A DNA stretch of 64,000 nucleotides from Mobula hypostoma (taxonomy: Eukaryota): the NCBI RefSeq assembly GCF_963921235.1, contig NC_086107.1, positions 103,542,001-103,606,000 of the forward strand. The letters are read 5' to 3'. The notes beneath the pieces were generated by a model. It was not told the DNA's origin. It made no database searches and saw only the letters and a program-made list of their open reading frames with translations. This document shows, one piece after another, positions 1 to 12,352 of the stretch (position 1 is its first letter; each line of letters opens with the position of its first letter). The position numbers were made by a program, and so were the translations under genes.

Positions 1-1683
1 CCCTCTAAATGGTTAAACTGCTTATTTCAGAGTGGAACAGTGACCTTACACCAGGCTGCTATGTACCATCAATCAGAGTTTGGAAGCAGCTGGTCCAGGG
101 AACTCCTGAGATTCCAAGGGAGTCTGATTGCCTGAGGTGATTTGGGTTGTCTAAGTACCAAATGTCAGTGCCACCATCCTTTGTGGGCAATAGGATGCCA
201 GGTCACTGTTAACTTGACCTGTAGTTTTAATGTACTGCCAGCAGAAGATAAGGGTTGATGATTCTTGCTGGAATAATTTAAGTAGCTACTATGAATTTAC
301 AGAGAAAAAAGATGAAATAAAAGAGCAACATAACTAAAGCAGATCAAAGTTAAATGATTTAAAAAATTAGCAGGAAATTAATTGTGACAGATGTTAGGTT
401 TCCTGTACAAGTTGAAGATTATCAAAGTACATGGAAAAATAAGGAGAAAAAGACACACTGAAGTGAAAATGTTGAAACCATATGAAGAAGGTAGAAGTCA
501 TAGAAGTTACTAATTACTGAACTTAAGGGGAAGGCCTCATCTATGGTCTGTAAACTGCTGCGGAAGTCCGAGTTAAAGTGAGAAACAGAAGTCTGGTCTG
601 CAGAGTTGCTCTTTGATGTAACGAAAGAATTCAAAAGTAGGGTTTGGTGGCCATCATTACTAGAGCATGCTTCTGCCCAGTTCTGTGTTCAGTACAGTTT
701 GTTGTCTAATATGATATCCAAGGGCACGGTAACATGAGAAACCCAGCTATTCGGTCAAGTAACAGAATGAATGAATTACTGGACCAATCTATGAAGAGAC
801 GGACCAATGTCTCAGAAGCAGGGTTTGGAATCCTGTTGGGGCGGTTGGGAGTTTTAAGTTTGGTTACTTATATTTTAATGGTCAAAGAATGCAGCTGTTT
901 CATTAATAATTCTTCAGGAAAGAAATCAGGTGGACTATGTGACTCCTTCAACCAGTATGGTTGATTCTTAAGTACTGTCTCGAATTTTTGAGCAAGTTGT
1001 GTAATTTAGGACAAGCAGTAGTTGCTCATTTAGCAAAAGATTTTCATTCTGTGAAGGAGTAAAATTTTTGCTTTCAGTTCTGCATGCTATACTTTTCTGA
1101 AGGAACAGTTACCCAGATGAAAGAGTAGTTTTATCTGTGGTGACCACATGACTAACTCCTGGGGTGATGGAAGAAAATTGTTCAAGAGTTGTGCAACCAA
1201 ATTGGTGCTGGTTTGGAGAAAGAGAGAGTAGCATCTAAGTATGATTATTAGTGAAGTAGAGAAAAAGTTTTTTTTAAAAAGGTGTTTAATAACTTCTCCA
1301 AAACATTGGAGCCTTCCGGTGGAGCTTGGGTGAAAATGATGATTCATTTCCCTGAAGCAAGTGCTCTGCCCACTTCCCATGTTATGTTTCGGGTTCATAA
1401 TGTTTTGGTCCATTTGAGAAATGGCTCTGTAACTGATCTGCCGTTCTAGGTTTTATAGCAGTGTAGGTCTGTGTGTATGCACTGCAGTAACTCATTTGCT
1501 TTAAACCTCTGATCTCTTCTCTCAATTAACACTCTATAGGGTATACAGTCTTGCATGGTGTACATGTGATTAAGAGTGGGCCTCTTTGTGGGATATATCT
1601 ATTACGTCATTTGCCACATATAGATTCACTCCTCTCATTCCACCTGAATGTTGGGGTTTGCAGATGGTATATCTGCTAGAGGG

Positions 1684-1944
1684 TTATTTATTGAGATACA
1701 TTACAGAATAGGCCCTTCCGGCCCTTCGAGCCATGCCAACAGCAATCCCTGGATGTAATCCGAGCCTAATCACGGGACAATTCACAATGACCAATTAACC
1801 TACCAAGCAGTATGTCTTTGGGCTGTGGAAAGAAACCCACACAGTCACAGGAGAAGGTACAAACTCCTTACAGGCAGCGGTGGGAATTGAACCTGGGTCA
1901 GCTATGTAAAGCGTTATGCTAACCACTATGCTACCGTGCCGCCC
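1684..1944 (-). mobile_element. tRNA-derived SINE (V-SINE/HE1-like); representative of >12 copies
   Basis: Reverse complement gggcggcacggTAGCATAGTGGttag...GGTTCAATTCC (A/B boxes) then ggagtttgta.cttctcc core. Similar copies near 6790, 10228, 14050, 15235, 17220-18210, 24860, 47390, 50018, 52095, 53858, 54860, 61700 and 62800. Confidence 0.8.
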
Positions 1945-4154
1945 CAACTACGGTGAAGTAGCCTAATTGTAAGCTCTAATTTCTGTATACTATTTGCTGT
2001 TTTGTATCTCAGTGCAAGATTGTCTATGTTTTGTCCTTAATAGTTAATGATTTTCACTATTCCCAAGTGTTTGGAAGTCTCCATTATATCGTATTGTATA
2101 GGAACAGCACTTGGGATATCACGTGACCAAAAAATGTCATTGTTCCTGCCTTCATTCCTACAATTTGTACTTTTTTTTTACTATATAATTTAACATTTTG
2201 AACTCCATTATTCATTGTAAGGTTTGAACACTTGATCTGCTAATGTTACTAGACCCTCTACTTCACCCATCTTCTTTCTCCTGTCATTTATGGACTATGT
2301 ACATTGACACTTTTTTATACATCCATAGGAAAGGTTTAGACTCTAAACTTTAGAGGAATACGGGCGGAACACAGAAAGATGTAACTAGCTTAGGTGACCA
2401 CTTTGTCTGGCATGGATGAGTTGGGCACAAGGGCCTGTATCTGTTCTGTCTGATCTTCCGAGTTCCTTCAGCACTTTGTGTGTGTTACTCTGGATTTCTA
2501 GCATCTGCAGAATGTCTTGTATTTAAAATACTTAGCAGACTGGACGGCATCTGTTTTAATGAAGTCACTGACGAAGACTTTAAGTTCTCTCTCCATCTGA
2601 CCTCGGGTCTTCTGACATTTTATGTATTTGAAAATTATCTACCGTTATTCAACATTAAAGTTTTATTGTATTCCTAATATCGAGGGCCTGAGTTGCTGTC
2701 TCAGATTCAACAGCATCCGCCATCTCTCTCTGGCCATACCATTCTCCCCTCCCTGAAGTCTTTCAGTATGCAATGGTGTGTTATGTCTTCTAAGTAGTCA
2801 TAATTTGGTTAAGTGTGCAAGATACCTGTGTGGTTCAGCAAACCTTATCTTTGCATGGGTCAAACTTTGAGGAATTGTGGCAACTTGCAGCAGGAATGAA
2901 ATTATCCAGCCCATCATGTTGGTGCCAAGCAATAAAAAGCTATTGATCTAATCCCACTTTAAAGCTCTGTCCTTTCTCCCGCCGAGGCCAAGGATGACAA
3001 CAACTGGAAATTCTAATGAGTATTCCTCCCTCCAACTTCAGGGAAACCACGTGTCATATCTTGGCAAAGATGAGTTAGATTAGAGATAAAATTTGGAGCC
3101 AAGCTTAATTTTATAATTTGGCCTAGCATTAGTGAGGAGGAGATCTAATTTCAACTTTCTCATAGGCAGCTGTTTCAATTGCTTGTATACACACATGCTT
3201 TTTGACTTAAGACCGTTACTCTTTTGAATTAATTATATGGCAGATTAAGTCTTTCTGTTCCTTAAATTTTTCTTTTTTTTTGCTAATTGAATAACAGCAT
3301 CGGATGTTTACTACCATGGAAGTTTTACTGAAGCTGATTGTTTCCAAATTCATGAGAGAGTGTGCGTATTGAGAATGTACTCAGAAACATTTACTTCCCT
3401 TTTTTTTTGCTCAGTTTGTCTTCCTTTTGATATTGCTAGTTTGTCAGTCTGTGCATTTTTTCATTGATTCTATTGTATTTCTCTATTCGACTGTGAATGC
3501 CTGCAAGAAAATGAATCTCAAGGTAACAAAAACATACTTTGACAATAAATTAATTTTGAGCTTTGAACTAATGTTTTAGACAGGAAGTTCATTATCACAA
3601 TTCTGATCCTAAAGTGAAGACATGGGTATCTTTGACCCAGCTGAGTAACTGAGGTTTCAGGAATCCGCTCTTTGCCACATTTTTCTGAAGACTGTATACC
3701 ATATGTTGTGGAAGGGTACAAAGGCAGGTATGGTTAGCTAGTTGAGATTCAACATAATGCTTCTGAATCCAGCTTTTGATATTAATAAGTGGTCTTTATG
3801 TCCTGATTTGAATTGTCTTTGTGGAGCAAAGGGAAATGCTTGTGCATGACTTCTCTTTTGGTGTGGGTTATCAGTTGTAGATCAGCTACTACGTAAGACC
3901 CTGTGAGGATAGCGGCAAGGAGGTCCAAGACAACCGGGGAGCAGAGCTCTGGCCATTTCCACACAGCCTCTGCTGATACTCCAACTGCATGCTCACTCTC
4001 CCCACGTTGGCTTCACCCATCTCTTGTCTCTGTTGTAGTTATCTCCTTTGATTCCCTCCTCTCACTCATGTGTGGACCCCTTCCACTCCCTCAAACCTCC
4101 TCCTGCGCAGAACCCCCATCCCCCTTTCTCCCTGATGCAGTTACTACAGTTGAA

Positions 4155-4527
4155 TGTTTATCTGGAAGAAGGTACAGGAGCCTCAGGTTCAGGAACAGTT
4201 ATTAACCCTCAACCATCAGGCTCTTGAACCAAAGGGGATAGCTTACTTGCCCCATCATTGAACTGTTTCCACAACCTATGGACTCACTTTCAAGGACTCT
4301 TCATCTTATGTTCTTGATATTTATTGCTTATTTATTTATTACTATTTCTTTCTTTTTGGATTTCCACAGTTTGTTGTCTTTTGCACTCTGGTTGTTGCCC
4401 CGTTGGTGAGGTCTTTCATTGATTCTGTTATGGTTATTATTCTATTATGGACTTACTGACATTGCCTGCAAGAAAACAAATCTCAGGCATATATGTATTT
4501 TGATAATAAATTTATTTTGAACTTTGA
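4155..4527 (+). mobile_element. Rex1/Babar-type LINE 3' end
   Basis: [14 protein letters not shown] followed by the shared 3' UTR and aataaatttattttgaactttga tail. Confidence 0.7.
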
Positions 4528-7500
4528 AGCGCAACAAATAACACTAGTGCTTCCTTTCGACTGCCACTGACACCTTCTTAGTTCAATGCATTTGTTTCAA
4601 AATGTGAACTAGTCATGCTTGCAGCATTGCTTATCGAGGTTAGTGCAAGAATGTAGTTAAACTATACATTTCCCTGACCTGTATTATGTAAGATAGGTGC
4701 TGTGCCCCGGCTGCGTACTCTAATGAGGTTGCCCTGCAGAATGATTGACTGAATGAGCCAATATTGCCTGGAAGAATGAGCAGAGGTCAAATAGAAACAA
4801 GGGAGGTTGACAGTGTAGGTGCCGAGAGGTTGATTCATGATGGAGGAATCCAGAAGCAGCGGACAGAATAGAGTTGTCCACTTACGACTGAGTTGAGGAG
4901 AATTTTATTTGAGCTGTTGGCCTCAGGCTGGGAAATCCACCCCAGTGCCTTTCCTGGGTTAAACCTGTAGCAAATGTAGCAGCCTTTATTTAAATAAATA
5001 GGAGATATCCGATCTGGGAGAAAGCTAAACACTGTATTTTATTAGGTTTTAATTAATTGACTTGGTGAATGTTTCAGCTTTTTATCTAAGGTTTAAAATG
5101 TTAATTTTTTTGTACCTTCTTCAGTTTTGTTCAAGTGTTCTTGACTGTTTGAATGAGAAAAGAGCAACTTTTCAGTTCTGATGTAAGGTTTTTAACCTGA
5201 AACATTACCTTTGCTCTCCTTCATGGGTGCTGCCCGACCTGATGAGGATATTTGGCACTTTCTGTTTTTATTTTAAATTTCCAGCATTTATTTCTACAAC
5301 TCTGATACCCTACTAGTCCCATTTCTTTTTCTCCTCACAGTCCCATAAACCACCCCACTCCCCAAATTTTTCCACGCACTTACACATAAGGGGCAATTTA
5401 AGGAGGCCAATCTTGCTAAAGCCAACACAACCTTGATGTGGTGCTTCAAGGATATTCTAAGTATGCTTTCAACCAATCCCACACATTTAGTCTGCCAGTA
5501 CCCCTTCCTCAGCATTAACCAGGCTTCCAATTAAACAGCTCAGTCTGCTACCCTAAGTACCTGAGAGATTAAAGACCGCTTGTTTCAATCCTTGTATCAC
5601 AGTAACTTTAAACTACAAGGTTAAGAAATTTTAATTTAAACCAAATAAAGTTTTAAAATGAAAACAAAATCATCCCTTTGCCAATAAGTCCACACTCTGC
5701 AGATACTACAAGCTGAGGAAAGGCAAGAATATTGTTAATACACAAACAAAAGTTGCACATTTCTCTCAAGGTTCAGTACCAGCAAAGCCCTGTTTCTTTA
5801 TAGCAAGTCTGAATCATTCTTGTTCTCCAGTTGCAAAGCACTGCCACCCACCCTATCCCACCAACACCACATTCTTGCAATAAAAGTTGAGGTATTACTG
5901 GGCTACTTTCTTACCGCATCCTTCACCTTTCTATGTCTCACAAGCCAGAGGACCAAAGCAGAACAGTGCACTCAGGTGTATTAGTCCCTCAACATCATCA
6001 TCATCATTATGTGCTGTGTCGGATGACATGGACGATCATGGCCTATCCATAACCATGATTGTTCTTGGCAGATTTTTCTACAGAAGTGGTTTGCCACTTC
6101 TTCAGGGCAGTGTCTTTACAAGTCGGGTGACCCCAGCCATTATCAATACTCTTCAGAGATTGTCTGCCTGTCCTATCACCAGGACTTGTGATATGTACCA
6201 GTTGCTCAAACGACCATCCACCACCTGCTCTCATGGCTTCATGTGACCCTGATTGGGTGGCGGGGGGGGGTGGAGGACAGCTAAGCAGGTGCCACACCTT
6301 GTCCTAGGGTGACCTGCGGGCTCGTGGGGGGAAGAAGTGCCTTAAACCTCCTTTGGTACAGACATAGCTTAACCCCGCCACCCATATTAGTCCCTCACCA
6401 GTTTAAAATGTCATATTCTTCCTGAGAGAAAGCATTGCCATGAAGTAGATATATTAGTGGTGTTCCAGAGGCTTTTCGATAAGCATTGAATAAGTAGACA
6501 TTAATAGAAGGCATTAATTTGCATCATGCTTGACACAGATATTGTGGGCTGAATGACCTCTTCCTAAGCTGTACTGTTCTATAATTAAAGTCACGTTTTC
6601 TCACATATTCTATCTCTCTTTCAAATATTAATTTAAACACCTGTGCATTACTTTTCTGTTTTCTTAAATCTTCCTTTGGAAGAATTTTCCCATTTGAAAT
6701 GTCTAAAACTAAAGGCTATAAATATATTAAAACAAACTAAAGGCCATAAATATCAGGATATAGTTGGAATAATTGAGTCATAAGGGCACAGCAAACGCTT
6801 TGGCCCACTAACCACCAGCCACCCACGTACACTAATATTACACTCATCCCATTTTGTTTTCCCTATTTACAGCCCCATCATCTGCCCCAGATTCTATAAT
6901 TCACCTACTCACTAAGAGCAATTTAAAGTGGCCAATTAATATTTCAGCCTGTCTTTGTGATGTGGGATGAAGCCCACATGGTCACAGGGAGAACAAGCAA
7001 ATTCCACAAAGGCAGCCCCAGAGGTCAGAACTGAACTTGAGTCACTGCAGATGTAAGACTAGCTTTGTCGCTTTCCAGTTGCCAACATATCTGATGGGGA
7101 ATTTATGAGAAACTTCTTTTCGAGCCTCTTACATGTAGAACATGGAGTCCTTGAGGTGAATAGCATAAATGGTTTAATAGGACAGCAAGTACTCGAGTGA
7201 GAATTGATTTGAATGATGAATGAGATGAGGTTGGCCAATGCCAGCTATAGCACAGACTGGGCAGGCCTGTTTGCTTCCGTGTTCTCAGTTCATTATGTAA
7301 AAAGTGAGAGATGGGGAGATATCTGTATGCAAAGTTCAAAGTATATTTATTATCAAAATATGGATACATTATACAATCTTGAGATTTAACTCCTTTTAGG
7401 CAGCCACAAAACAAAGAAACCAAAAAGAACCCGTAAAGAAAAGATGGTCAAACATCCATTGTGCAGAGTGAGAAAAAAACAAATCGTACAAACAATAATT

Positions 7501-7539
7501 AAGCAAATGGACTTCAGAACTGATGTTTTACAAAAGACA

Positions 7540-7690
7540 CAAAGCCAGGCATCACTGTAGCCGGACCAGGCACAGCCTCAGTTCAGTACAGAGCTGAGTA
7601 AATGTCGTGAGGCCACAGACGCAAAGCCAAGCGTCACCGCAGCCGGACCAGGCACAGCCTCAGTTCGGTACAGAGCTGAGTAAATGTTGT
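7540..7690. repeat. Direct tandem duplication of ~82 bp within a LINE 3' UTR remnant
   Basis: caaagcca.gc.tcac.g.agccggaccaggcacagcctcagttc.gtacagagctgagtaaatgt occurs twice. Confidence 0.85.
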
Positions 7691-10600
7691 AGAGCAGCGA
7701 GCAGAGCCAGCTAGAACTGCCCCGTCCCTCACCTCTGGTCCTGACACGCTAACCTTTTCGATCTGGCCCGGCACTTAAACTGCCCAGGCATCAGGTTGTT
7801 CCTCGCCCTCGGACGACTCCGGGGTCTGGATCCCGCCGCATGATTCGGCCCATGCCTGACCTTTCCAATTTGCCTCAAAGTACTTGGTTGTTTTGTTTGT
7901 CGCCTATAAGTAGCTGCTGGGATTCACCAGTGGCATCTTAAACCGAGTCTACTGCCTGAAGTGTGATGCTGGACCTTTGGTAGGTGTAGCGCCTGCTTAT
8001 GAACCTTGGCCAAGGCTCTTTCTTTTTTAAATAAGGGACTTGAATTACCCAATCCATGGTGTATAATTATGTTTGAATTTACCATTTGAAATCCTGTATG
8101 CAAATAGTAAGTAATTTAAATGCAGCTGAAGTTGCTGAAGCAGTTTTTGTCATGATAATACAGCCTTAAAATTGCAGAAGAGATGTATCTTGCATAATAT
8201 ACAGCAGACAGCTGACTTTGGGTGAGATGATTGTAGATCAGCAAAGTAAAGACCCACGTGAACATCACAGAGGAAAATGAGGTTTTTGGTCTATTTTGAT
8301 GCTTAAATTTTGCACAAGCAAAGGTATGGGATAGTTCTGACTACATTGTTCTACCAGTGATAAATGAATCATTAGATCCTTGTGCTCATTTTCATTTAAC
8401 CTGGGGGAGCAATATTCTGGGGTGATTACTTCTTGGTAAACTCCTCTGGTTTACCTGCTTGTTACTAATCATACTGACAAGTAGGATTTGCATTAATAGA
8501 TACTAACAGAAGCATGGCAGTGTCCTTTTCTGAATTAACCAGATAGTAATAAAATTTTTGCAGTCTGGATCAGATAACTACAAGCAGTTTATAACAGGCT
8601 GTTATTAATCTGAATCACGTTGTGGGAGGTAATACTTACTTTGAAAACGGGAAGGTGCTCAAAGGGTCAGGCAAAATCATGTTTCAGGGTGATGACTTTC
8701 CACCTATGAAGCAGAGCATCTCTAGCATTTTATTTCAGATTCCCAGCATCTGGAATATTTTGCTTTCTTTTTTGTTTATAACATTTGTTATAAGTCTAGT
8801 TGCTCTGGTGAATTGCTTAAATCTGGCTACTTCAATCTTCAAGTGGAAATGTAACAAGCCCTACCAAATTGAATTAAGCTCATTAATCTATGGCAATATT
8901 TTGCTCAAATTGGTGATGTACCTGGAGTGATGATTAGAGGTCAAATGAGAAGCAGGCAGGCTTTCCTATAGGAAAGAGTAATCAGTCAACATTTCCGGCC
9001 AAGGCCCTTCTTCAGGACTAAGAAAGAAGGGGGAAGATGAACTTGGCCCGAAGTGTCAACTGTTTACTGTTTCCCATAGATGCTGCCTGACCTGCTGAGT
9101 TCCTCCAGCATTTTGTGCGTGTTGCTCTGGATTTCTTGCATCTACAAACTTTCTCATGTTTATGCTTTCCTATATCTATTTTATACTGATTTACTTGTTT
9201 GAAGACCTATCACACCTCCTCTTAATAGCATCCAAAGTTGGCATCCTTGCAGATTCTCACCAGTTCTGCAGATGAAATGGGCTCCTGACGGTCTTCATAA
9301 AATCTCCTGATCCAATTCATAACTTGTTTGGATTTAAGTTAGCCTGCAAATATCATTCACAACTGAGAATCTCTTTCACAGTTTGTATGCTGACTCTGGC
9401 ATCCTTTGATGCCTTTTAACACTGTTGATGGCATTCCCAATAGGACTTCTAAAAGTTGTGACAAAGGTTGTAAGTTTAACACAATGCTAAGTTTAGGTAA
9501 TCATCTGGTGATGGAATCAAGTTTCACTGAGATGCCTTGTCTTTGTTTTATCATTGGTTCTCGGTCTGGTGGATTCATTCTTCAGGTAAATGTTTGAACC
9601 ACATCTTACAGTAAGAAAACCGGCAAGAGCCAATAAAGTTTCTGGAATAAACTTGGCAGAATGAAACATGGATTACTCTGTCCCTGACCTGCTTACCCCA
9701 TTTTTGCAATCCAGCTGGTTCGGAATAAATTTACTGCTGTTTTGTAAAATAATATTTCGCAACAATTGAATTGACTTGTGGAAGAAGTTTGTAATAAGAC
9801 TGTCTCCCTCCTCCTGTAATTTCAAACCATTTTATTGGTGGGTGGTCGATTTTCAAGGACTAAGTACCAGAGCTGGAAATGAGGCCTATATAAAAAAAAA
9901 CTTCTCAGTTCTTGTACCTGTCTTTCCCAGTTTCAAACACCCAGATTATGTGAAGCCCATACATACAGGGTATTTGGGAGGCCAGTGGTATGGATTTGCC
10001 TGCTGCAGCAATGCTCCAGGCACCTTCTGTTTGGGAATCTGTTCACAGCCACGTTTCCGACTTGCAAACTGAGCAGGTTACGAACAGTTCCCGGGAATGG
10101 GACCCTGTCGTAATCTGTGGATGTGTATTTGTATGCTTGGTTTGTCTGGAAAGTGCAGTCGGTTTGTCTGGAAAGTGCAGTCAGTTTGTAACACACTACA
10201 TGATTCTCCTCAAAACGGTTGCGTTAGGGGCATCACGGTAGCATAGCGGTTAACATATCTCTCTTACTCACTGGTTCAATTCCAGCACTCTCTATAAAGA
10301 GTTTGTACATTCTTCCAGTGACCATGGAGGATAGCTACTATGTATGGATTAGTAGATTAATCGATAACATGGGTGTAATTGAGTGATAGGGGTTCATTGA
10401 GCTGGAAGGGTCTGTTCCTGGGCTGTATCTCTAAATGAAATGAAATAAAATAGCATTTTAAACTGTATTGAGATTTTTCATTTTTACTGCCTTAAGTTTA
10501 ATTGGTGTAAGTTATCAAATACAGACGACACTGCCAAAACTCCTTGTTTCCTCATGCCTGTTATTTTCCATGTGGTTCCTAGCTCCCTAGTTACCTTAGC

Positions 10601-11844
10601 CAGATAAGCCAATTCCTTAGCCGCATGAACTGGTATAGAGCGGTTTTGGTGTTTGGAGTCAGTGTGCTAGCCAAATAAAATCCTGAGAATCCCTTCTGAA
10701 AGGCCAGCACTTGTCACTTCCTGGTCAAGAGCAATTTGGAGTGAACCTTAAATTCGGAGAACCTAATAATAAGCACAAAAATTGTGGTCAACCAAAGAAG
10801 CAGAAAAAAGAAGAATCTTTCTGAGAAACAGGATGACATTACTGAAAAGCAGAACATGTTCACATGCCACTGCGCCATGCTACTGCAGAGGATCAATTCA
10901 GCAATAGGTGAGCTTGGGTCTTCCTTGTGAAGAGGCAGCTTGCTGTGCGATCATTTCTTGAATGTCACAACCAACCACAGTGGCTAATCAAGTTACCATC
11001 CATGGCTATTGATCGCTGAAAGGCAGTATCAATATTAGTGTTGAGTAAGGGTTGGATTTGGCTTTAAGAACCCCACTTGGGAAAATCGTTTGCTAATATT
11101 TGGTGGACTTGGACTTAGAGAAATTCAGAATAGTAAGGTTGAAGTAGAATTGTATGTAATATTTGCAAAGTGGTAGAAGGTTAGATAGCAACACACACAA
11201 AATGCTGGAGGAACTCAGCAGGTCAGGCAGCATCTGTGGAAATGAATAAACAGTTGACATTTCAGGCTGAGACCCTTCTTCAGCACTGAAAAGAAGGGGG
11301 AAGCTGCCAGACGATTAGATAAATAGCTGTTTTATTGCTTGACAAAAGAAATACAAGACTTTCTATAATTTCCCCTCATTTCTTAGCAAGTTCAGCAATT
11401 TCACCACATCCAAGGAACTTGCTTACAGTCATTGCCACCCGTTATCCCCTTTGGAACTGCAGCTGCTGAACTTGGGGCTTGTTGTAACAGACAATTTTGC
11501 ATTTTAAATTTAAAAGTAATGTTCAAGGGTTTTCCCCTCTTGACGTGATGTACAAATGGCAGCGTTATTCATTGTAAATGTTGTGGTTCACTGACCTCTA
11601 TTTGTAAGCCCGTTGTGTCACTCAGTTTTGAGTCTGAACCTTCAATGTGATTTGCAAAATGATGATAATAAAGATTATAGATCAGATGCAATCTCATTAA
11701 ACGGCAAATCAGGCTGAATGGTTTGTTCTAGACAACAGGAATTCTGCAGATGCTGGAAATGGTTTGTTCCAGTATGGTTTTGTTTTTTTTTAGTGTGTAC
11801 GTTTTAAGTTTACAATAAACCTTGGTACTTTAAAGCCTGGCAGT

Positions 11845-12352
11845 AGCCATAAGACACAGGAGCAGAGTAAGTCCACCTGGCCCATTGATTCTGCTCATCA
11901 TTCAATTATGGCTGATTTGCTATCCCTCTCAACCCTATTCTCCTGCCTGCTGCCCGTAACCTTTGACACCCTTACCAATCAAGAACATACCATCCTCAGT
12001 TTTAGATATACCTGATGACTTGTCCTCCACAGATTCACTGGCCTCTGGCTCAGAAATTCTTCCTAGTTTCTGTTCTAAAGAGATGTTCTTATATTCTGAG
12101 GCTGTGCCCTCTGGTCCTAGACTCCCCCATTATTGGCACACTATCTAGGCCTTTCAATATTCAGTAGGTTTCAATGAGAACACCCCCCCCCTCCCTCCCC
12201 CCCCCCCCGCCATTCTTCCAAACTCCAGCAAGTACAGGACCCTTTCATTCTTGTGAACCTCCTCTGGACTCTGTCCAATGCCAGCACATCCTTTCCTAGA
12301 TAATGGGACCCAAACTGCTTATAATACTCCAAGTGCGGTCTGACCACACTGC
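11845..12352 (-). mobile_element. CR1 LINE 3' fragment
   Basis: Matches the CR1 3' ends at 31320-31450 and 57560-57845 in reverse orientation. Confidence 0.7.

Noticed and set aside
1860..1944. tRNA-like A/B box sequences (many copies)
   Set aside because: SINE heads, not tRNA genes: no complete cloverleaf, and always joined to the SINE core.
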